Below, piece by piece: positions 1-13,701 of a stretch of DNA of 64,000 bases; position 1 is the first letter of the stretch; every line of letters starts with the position of its first letter. The notes under the pieces are model-generated. The model worked only from the letters and a program-made list of their open reading frames with translations. It did not search any database and had not been told where the DNA came from. A program made the translations under genes and the position numbers. Where the stretch lies: the NCBI GenBank assembly GCA_951406725.2, contig OX597819.1, positions 92,938,001 to 93,002,000 on the forward strand. The letters run 5' to 3'. The DNA comes from Octopus vulgaris (Eukaryota).

Positions 1-267
1 AAAATAGATGAGAAGCAAGAAATGAACAGATGAATTTGAGGAAATCTGTTTGCGAGAGAGTGTAAAATGCAGAAATGAATAATTTTTTAAAGATGTGAAT
101 AAAATAAAGGAAGTGTATACACATATTCGTAACCGTGCCCCTTCAGAAATAATGCGTTAGAACTTAGCAAAGAAATAGGAACATACACCATAATTACAGA
201 GAAATTTATTGAAGTGAATGTAATCTAAATAAGATTAACGCATGTTATTAGTTACTATATAAGTAGG

Positions 268-410
268 GTTGTAGGTTCAAATTCTGCCAAGGTTGATTTT
301 GCCTTTCATCCTTTCGGGGTCGATAAAAAAAGTGACAGTGATGCACATGGGTCGATGTGATCAGCTTACACCCTCCCTTCAACTTGCTGGTTTTTGTGTC
401 AAAATTTGAA
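268..410 (+). mobile_element. Degenerate SINE fragment (family A, Nin/Deu-like central domain)
   Basis: Contains ttttgcctttcatcctttcggggtcgataa, shared with copies at 15550, 27985, 31780, 51845 and 62072. Confidence 0.65.
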
Positions 411-869
411 ACAGGTTCGGTTGTTGTTTTGCTGCTAAGCATTATGCCCGATCTGACACAGCGGATCTATAGTTGAAGGTAAGCATGGTCAAACATTTCT
501 CAGAAGTGAGCCTCATGAGACAGAACTCGTTATCAGGCGACCGCACTAGTAAAGAAGAAAATTCTAACTGGGCCCCATCTGCAGGATCATGTGATGTTTA
601 TCTTGATATGAGATCACCGTGTCGCGCACATGTGGTTGTGACGCATGTGCCTAGTGTACCCTTATCAGACGTGTGGTCATGATGGGTACACTGGGCTTCG
701 TGTATTTTAACCCAGTGTCACTTTGATGGCATGCACTGTTCTCTCACTCAATAATAATAATGATGATAATAATAATAATAATAACAACAACAACAAATGC
801 CCTGATGCAGTACTTGGCAGTGGCTCTCATGGATTCTGATCTTAACTGATTGAAAGTGTTATCACGTAT

Positions 870-1175
870 ATTGGATCTACATGTGGATCTAACAGTCTGT
901 ATATCAGGATTATTAAAGCTGTCCCACTGAAGAAAATTGCCTTCGACAAATATATATTTTTTGCTGGAAATAGCTGGAAACCGTCGGTCTGGGATATAGT
1001 TGAGATGGTAAATGTTTTTAATTTTCATTCCTTTCATGAATTTATCCCTTTTTGTGTCCTAGCACAATGCTTCCTCATTTGGAAGCCTTTTATTGTATTT
1101 CTATATGAATAATATATAGTCTAATGACTAATTCGGTTTTTGTGCTAGGCCACTGGTAATAATAATTTATTATTG
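870..1175 (+). mobile_element. Short HHR-bearing element (Penelope-like pLTR or retrozyme-like)
   Basis: Carries the HHR at 922-994; the downstream ggtaaatgttttt..attttcattcc motif is shared with the 36165-36530 element. Confidence 0.5.
922..994 (+). ncRNA. Type I hammerhead ribozyme motif (degenerate stem II)
   Basis: tccca-CTGAAGA-...-GAAA-CCG-t-CGG-TC-tggga: stem I tccca/tggga, near-palindromic stem III, GUC cleavage triplet. Confidence 0.65.
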
Positions 1176-1186
1176 TTACCCTATTT

Positions 1187-1240
<54 letters not shown>

Positions 1241-1255
1241 GTATACTCGCACATA

Positions 1256-1350
<95 letters not shown>

Positions 1351-1351
1351 G

Positions 1352-2580
1352 TATCAGGTCATAATGCAACGTCTCGCTGAATTTTGAATAAAGTAAACAA
1401 GCGATTTAATCATCGATGTAAATTCCCTGATTATCTGTGACATCCTTCCATCTATTTACAAGCTTTTTAATCCCATCAATGTAAAACTCTTTTGGTTTCA
1501 AAGCGAAAAACTCTAAAAAGGCAGTTTTGACCTCCTTGCGAAAGTTACGTACCCTAAATGATTCTGTAAACTTCGAAACAAATGGTAGTCTGAAGGAGCA
1601 AGCTCGGGAGAGTAAGGTGAATGAGGAATTTTTTCCCAACCAAGCTCTTCGATCTTCTGTGATGTGATCTTTGCAGTGTGGGGTCACACATTGTCCTCAT
1701 GAAACATTACTCGTTTTCGATTCACTAAAGCGGGTCTCCAAAGCTTGGTTCAAACGGTCTAATTGCTGACAGTAGACTTGAGCATTGATTGTTGCATTAG
1801 GTGGTAACAATTCAAAATGAATTACTCCTTTGGAATCCTACCAGATAGAGAGAAAAACCTTTTTCCCATGAAGTTCCCTTGTCGGTTGTGGTTGAGCTTT
1901 TCCCTTTTACCAAGCCACTGTTTACGACGTTTAACATTTCGATAGAGGATCCATTTTTCGTCACAAGTCACAAGTCTATCCAACAAGGGTGAAATGAGTT
2001 TGCGAGAATGGAGAGAAAAGCAGATGTCAACTCGGAATTTGAAGTTGCTTTCGGATAATTCATGAGGCATCCATTTTCCAAGTTTAGAAACCCTTCCAAG
2101 TTGTTGAAGATAACGATGAATAGTTGTATGCTTTGAACTAAGCTTTATTGCCAATTCTTCAACTGATAATCCAGGATTTTCTCCAAGTAATGCCTGAAGG
2201 AGTTTATCATCAAACTCAATTTCAAGGTTGAAATCTTCACTTCTGAATTTTGCAAAACATCTTCTGCAAGTTCTTTCATTCAAGCATTCTTTCCCTTAAA
2301 CCGAGTGTATGTTTCGAGTCGCTTCGGCTGCAGAGTTTCTTTTTTTGTACTCATAAAGCATTATGTGCTTCAAATGCTCTTTGGATACTTCCATGTTAGA
2401 AAGGGTTTTAATCAAAGAAATTTCAATTCTATTATTCTGTAAATTAATATTTCATTAGTTTAAATATACAAACATGCCTAAAAATAATTTTTAATTCCAT
2501 TAGACATTCTAAAATACCATTAAATTTCCTTCAATTTTAAAAAAGGTAAAATCGGTCAAAACGTATGGGTTGACCTGATA
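1352..2580 (-). mobile_element. Mariner (DD34D) DNA transposon, full-length, decayed
   Basis: Terminal tatcaggtca/tgacctgata. Frameshifted transposase 2394->1406: MEVSKEHLKHIMLYEY, WMPHEL, LVTCDEKW, HEDN, PYSPELAPSDYHLF, FYIDGIKKLVNRWKDV. Confidence 0.93.
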
Positions 2581-2747
2581 TGTATATGTGCCTGTATGTG
2601 TGAGAGAGAGTGAGAGAGAGAAGGTGAGAGATAGAGAGAGGGAGAGAAAGGGAAAAAGAGAGTGGTGGAAAGGCAGAAACATAGTGAGGGTGACAGAGGG
2701 ATAAAGAGAGACTGTCAGGCAGGCAAAGAGAGAGAACGAGTGAGACT

Positions 2748-3033
2748 GGGCGCATAGACTAGTGGTTAGGGTGTAGTACCCGCAATCTAGCGATCCAGAT
2801 TTCAGTTCCTAGACCGGGTTGTGCATTGTGTTCTTGAGCAAAATACTTCATCTCAAGTTTTTCTGCTATCATTTCGACACCTGACGCGTGGTACACAGTG
2901 CACCTGTTCAGACAATATTGATTTAATGCAGAGAGCGAGGTAATGTGCGAACATTTGATCACTATAAACGAATCATCTGTGCAGGTCGTTCAGCGAAAGC
3001 TGAATGTCAAACGTCGTCTTCGACGGGAGAGTC

Positions 3034-3037
<4 letters not shown>
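2748..3037 (+). mobile_element. tRNA-derived SINE with CORE-like domain
   Basis: Head gggcgcatagactagtggttaggg with box A/B-like motifs, then ttgtgttcttgagcaaaatacttcatctc. Confidence 0.7.
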
Positions 3038-3064
<27 letters not shown>

Positions 3065-3067
3065 CGA

Positions 3068-3230
3068 TTGACCGCTAATTCCAAAATTCCAAAATTCTCT
3101 CTCTTTCTGTTAAAGAGCGTAGGTTCGAAATGTAGAATACTTTCTCACCCCCCGAGAGTCAAACTAACACACCTGCTTGTTCTTTATACACCTGTCTTCG
3201 TCTTTTGTTTTTCTGTATATTTCAACTATA
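3068..3230 (+). mobile_element. pLTR-like repeat with decayed minimal HHR (3103-3138)
   Basis: ctttctgttaaagagcgtaggttcgaaatgtag plus cacctgtcttcgtc tail; homologous to the reverse complement of 40455-40600. Confidence 0.55.
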
Positions 3231-3242
3231 TTATATAATATA

Positions 3243-3295
<53 letters not shown>

Positions 3296-3931
3296 CGTGT
3301 GTGTGTATGTATGTATGTGTGTATGTATATATACGTGTATATATGTATATATATATTATTGGAAATCTGGCTTTGTTTCATCGATTTTATGAATCTCAAA
3401 GCTAAATCTTCTAAAAGCGTTGCCTCCGTCTATTCACCTGTGCGGCTTCAGTAGTATTGAAGAATGTCCTATATCTGATATTCCGTGAGAAATTTCTCTT
3501 CAAACATCTTCTACAAAATGAAATACGATTTTTAAAGAATCTGTGCATCTTATATTGTCTACATACAATTAATTTATGAAAATGAAACACAGAAAAATAT
3601 CTGACATCAAAGGGATTTATTCTATGCGTGAAATTACCAGTGGATTCAATAAGAAAGCCAAGGGATTCTACTGCTTAATAGAATTGGCAAATAATTAGAT
3701 GTTAAGTTGGAGGAGATGCTAAGTTGGAGCCGACTACATCTCAGCGGTACTAATAATAAAACTGTTAATCATATTTAATAATCCGTAGAGGCCAAGAAAA
3801 CGAAACACCTCGTAAAGTATAAACATAAAAAATGTCTTACGCTAAAACTCATGCACACACACACATACATAGACATATGTGCAGACATAATGCTAAAAGT
3901 AAGTTTGTATGTTTAAATTCCAGTAGATGTA

Positions 3932-4599
3932 TACAGGGTGGTGCAAAAGTAGGATCTTTTCTGTTTGAACGGCAGTTTTTCTAGCGGTGTCATATGAAAT
4001 TGTCACCCATAATTATGACCCTAGTATCGGTCTATTGCATTTCAATCTGTTTTAGGGTTAGGGGTGGGAGAAGGGTATCTTTTTTTCTTCAGAAATGTAA
4101 ATAAACCCAATCTGTTTCTTAAACGAGAGACATATTCATACGGCACAGAATATTTTCACCTCAATAGACGTCATTGATTGGTTGAAATTGCAAAAATTGA
4201 AGAAAAATCAACAAATATCTTACAAACTATAGAATTTTCTCAATAAAGCCAAAAGAAAAAGATGTTTTACAAACACATTCTTCCAGTGTACGAAGTTTAA
4301 AAGTATTTAGTTACGTGGAAATTATTTTAAAAAACTGCCGTTCAATCCGAAAAGATCCCCAAAGTAGGTATGCTGTTACGAAAAAGAAAACTCATAAAAT
4401 ACTCATTTATTTTTTTATCAAAATATTAAAAAGTTACGATAAAAATATTATAATTATGATAAATGTATTATTATGATGAATGACACCGAAAATATCAAAA
4501 CTGAGTCTAACTAATTTAATGTGCTTTAATTGTAAGGAATTAAGTATCATAACATTGATATGGTACTTACTGTATACCTACCTTTTAACCCCCTTCATA
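3932..4599. mobile_element. Tc1-like MITE interrupted by a second MITE
   Basis: Left end tacagggtggtgcaaaagta|ggtatgctgt resembles the reverse complement of the right end (tatgaagggggttaaaaggtaggtatacagt). Confidence 0.45.
3952..4358. mobile_element. Non-autonomous TIR element (possibly Merlin-type MITE)
   Basis: ~28-bp TIRs ggatcttttctgtttgaacggcagtttt / aaaactgccgttcaatccgaaaagatcc; 8-bp TSD caaaagta/ccaaagta; GG termini. Confidence 0.8.
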
Positions 4600-4805
4600 T
4601 TATACGTACCGTATGGAGGTATGTATGTATGTATGTGCATATGTGTGTTTGTGTGTGTGTGTGTTTGGAGGAATGGATGGATGCATGCCTGAATCCATAC
4701 CTATCAACTGCTCTACCTATATTTTTCTATAAGTATATTGTCCTTGCGATTGTGGTTAACAAATAAGTGATAATAATGTTACATTTAGATATGTTTTAAA
4801 GGCAA

Positions 4806-5193
4806 TCTTTATATATAAAAGTGAAGTTGTGTGTCTGTCTCCTACGATTTAGATTCCTAACTACTCCCACATTTTGCGGTGCAGTGTAACTAAAAGCGGG
4901 TATCTTATAGTCGTGATTCATATCGAGCCATTCTGGGTATTAGCGTGCGTCTACGATGAGTCTACGATTTAAAAAAAAAATTACCATAATTTTTTTCCCA
5001 TTTTTAATACATTTTTTTGCTATTATATAAGGGAAGTAACTCTCTAAAAATGTATTATTAAATCTCAGAACGTAAAAAGCTACAGTAACACCCCTCCCCT
5101 TTGTGGTTAGACATATTGAGATGGCTATTATACTTTACATCTCTAAAAATGCTTATATAGTTATTTCCTTTACAACGCCGGGGGATACTGCTA
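4806..5193 (+). mobile_element. Helitron-like non-autonomous element
   Basis: a|TCtttatatataaaag start; caacgccggggatactgCTAG|t end; same end family as 42064-42454. Confidence 0.7.
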
Positions 5194-5327
5194 GTATTAA
5201 ATAAAAGAGAACAAAATTTGAAAAACAGTACGGTGGCACCAGACATCTCTGACGGCTCCCTTGGCTCCTAACATCTGGATAAAATATTCCGCTCCCAGAA
5301 GTTAATATTGTCCACTTTCAGAAGCCC

Positions 5328-5369
<42 letters not shown>

Positions 5370-5372
5370 CAG

Positions 5373-5706
5373 TGAAGGTGCATGACTCAGTAGCTGGAGC
5401 GTCGAGCTCACAATTTTGAATGAGTGCGCTCGATTCACGGATTTGGCTGTGAGAGGTACTGGTGAGCAAGATACCTTATTTCACGCTGTCCAGTTTACTC
5501 AACAGTAGAAATGAGTTGCAACGTCACTTGTGCCAATCTATATCGATCTTTGCCTTTCCCTTGGATAACATCGGTGGCGTGAAGAAGGGAAGCTGGTATA
5601 CATGGGTGATTGCTTATCTTCCATAACCAACATTGCCTAGCCTTTTGCCTCGAAAGATAAGTTTATTGGTACGATTCCATGGTCATTCGTGACCGAAGGG
5701 GGTTTT
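5373..5706 (+). mobile_element. tRNA-derived SINE (family C)
   Basis: Colinear with the reverse complement of 23412-23749 and 34700-34980. Confidence 0.8.
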
Positions 5707-5841
5707 ATGCTTGTATGAGTGTATGTATGTATGTATGTATGTATGTATGTATGTATGTATGTATGTATGTATGTATGTATGTATGTATGTATGCATGCAT
5801 GTGTGTGTGTGTGTGTATGCATGTATATATATATATATATA

Positions 5842-6838
5842 TCTTTATATAAAACTGAGAATGTGTGTCTGCCTGTGTGTTTCCCTAAATCTTGAGAACT
5901 ACACGACCAATTTCATTCAAATTTTACACATGCCTTACGTAGGGTCCATGTAGTTTCATGGGTGAAAAAAATGTTCAACTTCTTCCCTAGAGCGAGCCCA
6001 GAGCAATATCATATCTTCTCCACTATTTCAGTATTACGTGTTAAAAGTGAAACAAAAACATTTCTCTATTTTATATCAGATACTTTCACTTTAACAATAA
6101 AAATAATAATAACAATTGAATTATATGTAGTAAGTAATAATTAAAATCAAACTAAAGTATAATATAATCGTAACATAACAAAAGTAAAAATAGCAATTGG
6201 TATAAAATTGCATCAATGACTTGAACTTGAATAAGTGGTTTCACATGAATGGGAATAAATTAAAAATAAAATTAGCGTGCAGAAATGGAATAGTCCAGAG
6301 GGATAATAAAAAAATTACATTAAAGAAAAGACTAAAGAAGATTTGAACAGATGGAGAAAAGCACCTTCGAAAAGTGTCTTGGTGCGACTATGAAAGATAT
6401 CTAATCAGAGGCGGTAAATTCGCCACAATAGAAGCTAGGTTCGAGTCAACGGAACGTGCAAGGGAGTACTCGATTCGAACTTGCAAAGTGGAAATATTCC
6501 ATTTTTACCTTTATATCTGGGACGTAGGACGTCCCGAAAAAAAATTTTAAATGCCCCCCCCCCCCCGAAGTAGCGGTAGGCTGGATTGTAGCCACACTTC
6601 TATACAAGAGGGCGAACAAGATCCAATTGATCGAAATTGCAAGAGACGGGCCTACAATTCCAGACTGTTATATATTTTGAGTATTGTTATCACTAGCGAT
6701 ATCAAGATATAACTTTGTATTTTGTATTTTATATGTAGATGTATATATATAGATGTACATGTAATATGTACTCATATACATACACATATATACATGCACT
6801 AGCACTATGACCCGGCAACGACGGGTCTTTATTGCTAG
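5842..6838 (+). mobile_element. Helitron-like non-autonomous element
   Basis: a|TCtttatataaaac start; subterminal hairpin gacccg-gcaacga-cgggtc followed by CTAG. Confidence 0.65.
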
Positions 6839-7511
6839 AATATATATATATATATATTTATAAATTTGTCCGTATACTGTAGGGATATACTTTTGAGCAA
6901 AGTTTACGGAAGTGTCCATTGTGCATGAATATATGTGTAAGTGTACTGCGTTTCCATACAGACTTACGTAGCTACTAATTCTGCTGTGAAAGAGCTGAAC
7001 ACTACATTCTTGGAATCTTGGATTTACCAATTTTCACAAAATAAGATTAAAGGGAAAGCGATTTAAGCGTTTTATTTCTGAATGCAGTACCTGCATCCAA
7101 ATACGAAATTCTGATTTAGGCAGAAAACGATTGTCTAAGTGAATTAGCGATGGACAACCACAGAGTTATTAAAGAAAAAGCAAATGTAACTTGTTCATGA
7201 CAAGTACCTTCTTTTGCGGTAATGCTGTTGGCAAGCTTGCAAGATTGCAAAATGTGAAATGCAATTAGCACACCTATTTTTCAGTTAATTAAATAGTTAT
7301 TTCAATAAATATTTTCAAGTAGGATGAAGTTTTTGTTTGTCTTTCAAACTTGTTTTAAAGGAAATATTGCTAGTGAAACCTTGTCAATATATATAAAGAG
7401 TCATAGTAATAATTGCAAAATATATAGGCTTGTTAGTGCTACAATGTTTGATACACGGGAAAGTATTTTCTGAAAATTCATGAGGTGAGTAGTTACTGAA
7501 TATTAAATGTC

Positions 7512-7546
<35 letters not shown>

Positions 7547-7551
<5 letters not shown>

Positions 7552-7732
7552 TGAAAAGGAAGATCAATTGCGATAGTTGGGAAGATTATGATATTAACTC
7601 TGCTTGAACAAAGCACACATCGAGCAGTAGTAGCATGAAATCTCTTAAATACACTATCCGAGTGCATATTATAATTCATTAGTACATCGTAGCTTGCAGA
7701 ATTCACATCCTTATGTGTTAAAGCAATGTATA

Positions 7733-7828
<96 letters not shown>

Positions 7829-7837
7829 CATACATAT

Positions 7838-7921
<84 letters not shown>

Positions 7922-7936
7922 ATGTATATATTTGTG

Positions 7937-7969
<33 letters not shown>

Positions 7970-8164
7970 ATATATATATATATATTGCTTTAACACATAA
8001 GGATGTGAATTCTGCAAGCTACGATATACTAATGAATCATAATATGCACTCGGATAGTGTATTTAAGAGATTTCATGCTACTACTGCTCGATGTGTGCTT
8101 TGTTCAAGCAGAGTTATTATCATAATCTTCCCAACTATCGCAATTGAACTTCCTTTTCAGACAT
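7547..8164. repeat. Inverted duplication with 181-bp arms (7547-7727 / 7984-8164) around a microsatellite spacer
   Basis: Arms are reverse complements with about 4 mismatches counted by eye. Confidence 0.95.
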
Positions 8165-9403
8165 GTAACAATGCGTACATTATCAAATGTACTTTGCATT
8201 TTTAAGACAGTAACGAGTGATAGACAAGAGATTTGGTTACTATTTCTATTGGGTAAAGAGATTATACTGAGATTCCCGTTAAACTACAAATTGCAGAAAA
8301 CTGCCCAGGTAATAAGTTGAATACCCGCCAACTGATAGCCATAGTTTAATGAGAAGCCAAAGCCTTATGTGTACTTTGAATCATATTGACATTAATATTT
8401 GTGTACATTTCATTGTATTCTAAACGGTCGTCTTAAAAACTGGTCGTTGTTCTTTTATATGTTTCGTTAACTTTTTTTCCATTCATTCTCTGATCTATGG
8501 TTTAGACCAAAGAGTGACGAACAAAACGGACACAAAAGAAAGAAACTAGCTCTAAAAAGAAAGAAAACTGAAGTAAAAAACCAAAATAAAAAGGAAGAAA
8601 CCAAGAGCACGTTCAGAAAGACTAAACAATAATTAGTCCAATATTTTCTTTAGGTTTTGTCGAGTTTATTATTCTTAGTTAAAAGGCAAAGTCCATTAGC
8701 TATGTTTAAGAAGAGACAGACAGTTTTTTCTGATCACCATGGCGTCTATTAATTTCCGCATATATTTCTTTTCATTTTCGTTTTTCATTGAATGCTTACG
8801 AAAGGATCTTAATGTCTAATTTGCTCGAGAACCCGATCGTCAAGACGTTTTCTAATGCATAGACAAGCCGTTGGAGATCGAATTCTGCTTCAGTATTTTA
8901 ATGAATAGTGCTTGCATTCCTAACGGCAGGGAGAGGAAGCTGTCGTGATTTGATAAAAGAATCTGGTAATTATTATGAATCTATAATTGTTTTTACAATA
9001 GATTCGATTGAACAGCTTTATAATTTTTATGGTGGGAGTTTTTTTATATAGATTTATTTATTTATTATTATTTTTTTTCTTCCACAAAAGACAGCCTATT
9101 TATAAATAATAATACATTGAACTTCTAGCAACGTCATATCGATTCGGTATTCAAAAGATTAAATCGATAAATATGAAAATAAGAGTCAATTATTGTGAAC
9201 AATGCAACAGTGACGGTAGTGGTAACTAGAGGAACAGCTATAAACGGGGAAAAAAGTATTGCAGACAAGTGGGTGTCTTATTCAAAGAGACTGAAGCATT
9301 TAGTCTTAGAAAAAGCAAATAAGTTTAAGGCAGCACATGCATAGACACATATACACCAGTATATTTGTATATATAAGGGAGTTTTCAGTTAAATTTAAAG
9401 GTG

Positions 9404-9462
<59 letters not shown>

Positions 9463-9628
9463 GGTGGTATATGGGTATGTGTGCGCGTGTGTGTGTGCGT
9501 GTGCGTATGTATACCTATATGCATCACACTAAATGTATATATACACACACTAAGTGAGATTGGGGGTTAGTGTGTATGTTTACATATATATATATATATA
9601 TACATAAATGTGTACGTAAATATATATG

Positions 9629-9680
<52 letters not shown>

Positions 9681-9936
9681 GATAGATAGATAGATACATA
9701 CATACATACATACATACATACATACATACATACATACATACATACATACGTACATACATACATACATACATACGTACATAAATACATACATACATACATG
9801 AACACATCGATACATGCATATCTACATTATCTAAATATGCGCGCGTGTGTGCGTGTGCCAAAAGGCAGAGATGTAAGAAGGAAAAATCACTGAAACAAAA
9901 TACATTTAGTACAGAGAATCGGTATCTAAAGAATCT

Positions 9937-10176
9937 ATCTCTTACTCTTTCTACTCTTTTACTTGTTTCAGTCATTTGAATGTGGCCATGCTGGAGCACC
10001 ACTTTTATTCGACCCCAGCACTTATTCCTTGGAAGCCTAGTACTTATCCTATCGTTCTCTTTTACGGGGACGTAAACACAAGAACATCACTTGTCAAGCG
10101 ATGTTGGGGGGATAAACACAGACACACAAACGTAAACACACACACATACACACACACACACACACATACACACATA

Positions 10177-10212
<36 letters not shown>

Positions 10213-10385
10213 CACATATATACGACGGGCTTCTTTCAGTTTGCCTCTACTAAATCCACTCACAAGGCTTTGGTCGGCCCGAGGATATAGTAGAAGACAC
10301 TTGCCCAAGGTGCCGCGCAGTGGGACTGAACCCGGAAGCATATGATTGGTAAGCAGCTACTTACCACACATCCACTCCTACTCCT
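9937..10385 (-). mobile_element. tRNA-derived SINE (family B, CORE-like, internal TA/CA microsatellite)
   Basis: Reverse strand: gtggtaagtagc..gggttcagtccc..ccttgggcaagtgtcttctactata..ccagcatggcc..gactgaaacaagtaaaaagag. Confidence 0.85.
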
Positions 10386-11111
10386 GTCTGTAAATTTAAT
10401 GTATTTAACTCACTAAAATATAAGCTTATTTATAATTATCAAAAGACATATACGCATTAAGTTACCAGGCTCGATATATTTGTGTTCCTGATAGGAGCAA
10501 ACTGGTGGAGCACAAACTCTACTGCGACTTTAATGAGAAGGTAAGCATAGACTATTGTGGACTGAGAACATTTCACAATATATACAAAGTAGCAAAATGA
10601 ATCGACGTATCTTATACAATCACAGCCAGTTTGAATTATATAAGGATTCATAGCAAAAATCTAATTGTATAAGCATACACACGCCAACAGACAACACATA
10701 AATGCAAACACACACACATACACACACACACACACATACACACTGGCACATGCTTATACACAAAAACATATACAGTATACGATGAGAAAGAGAATAGATT
10801 TGTGCGTGTACTTTGGAAAGGTCATTCTCTCTATAAAATCACACTCACTGGTTGTAGTTCAGCAATTTAGTTGTAATTTATTAATTAGTTAATCAACTGA
10901 TTGGTTTATCAATGTGGCTGACCATACAGCAGTAGAATAAGCAATGATTTTCCGCAACTGTTTCTGTTAGTGTGTAGTTTACTATGTCTGTTTTGTCAAG
11001 TTCTTGCTTATGTGTGCGTATTTTTTCCGGTTTTGCTATCTACATACACACACATATGGAAATATAGATGCACGAGTACGTATCTATGCATGAATATATA
11101 TATATATATAT

Positions 11112-11492
11112 TCTCTTTACTCTCTTTTACTCTTTTAATTGTTTCAGTTATTTAACTGCGGCCATGCTGGAGCAATGCCTTTAGTCGAGCAAATCGACCC
11201 CAGGACTTATTCTTCGTAAGCCTAGTACTTATTGTATCGGTCACTTTTGCCGAACCGCATCGGTTGTCAAGCTATGTTGGGGGACGAACAGAGACACACA
11301 AACACACACACACATATATATATACTTATATAGGACGGGCTTCTGTCAGTTTCCGTCTACCAAATCCACTCAGAAGTCTTTGGTCGGCCCGAGACTATAG
11401 TAGAAGACACTTGCCCAAGGTACCATGCCGTGAAACTGAACCCGGAACCATATGGTTGGTAAGCAAACTACTTACCACACAGCCACTCCTAC
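11112..11492 (-). mobile_element. tRNA-derived SINE (family B)
   Basis: Colinear with 9937-10385. Confidence 0.85.
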
Positions 11493-11639
11493 GCTTATAT
11501 ATATATGCGTTCAAAGACGCTTTAAGCACTAGAGAAAACTGCGTATTGAAGGCAGTTTTCTCAGGCAGATTTCTCTTTTATACATACATGTGTGTATATA
11601 TGTGTGCATATATGTGTGTATGTGTATGTGTGTATATGC

Positions 11640-12060
11640 ATGTGTGTGTGTATGCGGCTTCACAGATGGGGTGACAGTAAACTGTAGATGGGATGATAGT
11701 AGACAGTAGGCTTTGCTGTACTTGAGAAGACACGTCAAGCTAAGTAAATACGTGGTCGTCCTAGCATAATGGCATGTTGCCTGCGTCACTCTTCACTTCA
11801 GCGTTCCTAATTTTGCGGGCTCGTGGGTGTCGGTGCCACGTAAAAAGCACTGATGCCGGTGCAAGGTAGAAGCACCCGTGCTGGTGCTGCATAATTGCAC
11901 CAAGTACACTCTGTAAACTGGTTGGCGTTGGGAAGGGTATCCAGCCACAGAAACAATGCCAAAACAAACATGGAGCCCAGGCAGATCTCCAACTGACCAG
12001 CAACTGTCAAATTCAAACTGTCCAACTCATGCCAACATTGAAAACGGACCTTAAATGATG
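11640..12060 (+). mobile_element. Retroposon ending in a (GAT)n tail (RTE-associated type)
   Basis: ggttggcgttgggaagggtatccagcc...gaaaacggaccttaaatgatgat runs directly into the GAT array; 5' boundary uncertain. Confidence 0.5.
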
Positions 12061-12093
12061 ATAATGATGATATCTGATGACGATGATGATATC

Positions 12094-12144
<51 letters not shown>

Positions 12145-12155
12145 CAATGATGACA

Positions 12156-12219
<64 letters not shown>

Positions 12220-12254
12220 CGATGATGATGATGACGATGATGATGATGATGACA

Positions 12255-12310
<56 letters not shown>

Positions 12311-12317
12311 GATGATA
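12056..12317 (+). repeat. (GAT)n microsatellite, ~260 bp
   Basis: Seen directly in the sequence. Confidence 0.98.
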
Positions 12318-13248
12318 TATACATTTGCAGTTTTTTTTAGTGTGTTATGGATTCGTCAACTGAGTAGATAACAAGGCTTGGATCGTTTCCTAGTTTTGTT
12401 TTGCTTTTTTTAGATCAGTGATCCTTATTTATGTATCTAAATATCATGCGCACGTGCGTCGTCGGTCTATCTGATATAGATAATTGTTATGAAAGCACTA
12501 TACAAGAACAAAAAAATTAGAATAATTTACATGCGAGAAAAAAAAAAGACATTCATTAAATCGTCAGTTAGTTGGTAATATCCAAGGCTGAAAACACCGT
12601 TTGCCCAAAGCAATCGATGAGTTTACAAAACAATACCCCAGGTAAAGTGAGAAAAGTGAACATTGTTGTATCCTATGACATCATGGAGGGTTGCATACAC
12701 GCAGCTGTTTACAAACGAGAGTAAGAAGAAAGGAAAATAACTAAGACAAATAAAAGAATGTTATATAAGATACCGACAAGTGAAAATAGTGAGAATGAAA
12801 GAGGAAAATTGGTTGTATATGATGGAGGTAATCCTATGTGAAGTTCGAGAGAGGTGATGACATGTCTATAGCTGACACCCATGCGATTTTTCATTCTATG
12901 AGAAATTATGTGCTTATCTGTGAAGACACCCTAGGTAATATTTTCAAAACTAACACAAGCTGAAACGCGTTTCATACAACGAGAATACACTTATAGTTGT
13001 AGAAGTTGGTAATATGAGATCTAGATTATGAGGTTCCCTTACGTATACAAATATATGTGGTTTCCTCCTAGTGCGTGTAAAATATATCTGTGTGTATGAG
13101 TGTGTGTATGTGTGTTCGCGCGTGTATGTGTGTTAATGTGTGTGCGTGCGTGCGTGTGTGGGTGAGAGAGACAGTGTGTGTTTCAGATATAGATAAAATT
13201 ATGAACAGACACATACGCACAAAGATTCATACAAATGTATATTGATAC

Positions 13249-13363
<115 letters not shown>

Positions 13364-13371
13364 AATAAAGT

Positions 13372-13677
13372 GGAGGGGCAATGGTCCAGTGGTTAGGGCA
13401 GCGGACTCGCGGTCGTAGGATCGCGGTTTCGATTCCCAGACCGGGCGTTGTGAGTGTTTATTGAGCGAAAACACCTAAAAGCTCCACGACGCTCCGGCAG
13501 GGGGTGGTGATCCCTGCTGTACTCTTTCACCACCCTTTCTCTCACTCTTTCTTCTGTTGGCCTGCTCGCTTAGCCAGCGGGGTGGCGTCATTCGAAGGCT
13601 AAAACAATGCGAACGCATTGTGACCAGCGATGTGTAGCAACATCTGATGGTCTTGTCGGTCACGTGATCACGTGATA
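13372..13677 (+). mobile_element. tRNA-derived SINE (family D)
   Basis: Head ggaggggcaatggtccagtggttagggcagcggactcgcggtcgtaggatcgcggtttcgattcc; second copy at 47035-47405 (-). Confidence 0.85.
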
Positions 13678-13701
13678 CATATATATATATATATATATAT
13701 A

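Noticed and set aside
12915-12980. gaaacgcgtttc palindrome resembling an HHR stem III
   Set aside because: No proper CUGANGA core or stem I upstream on either strand.
13372-13445. tRNA-like sequence, also at other SINE heads
   Set aside because: Continues into SINE bodies present in several copies, so not a tRNA gene.
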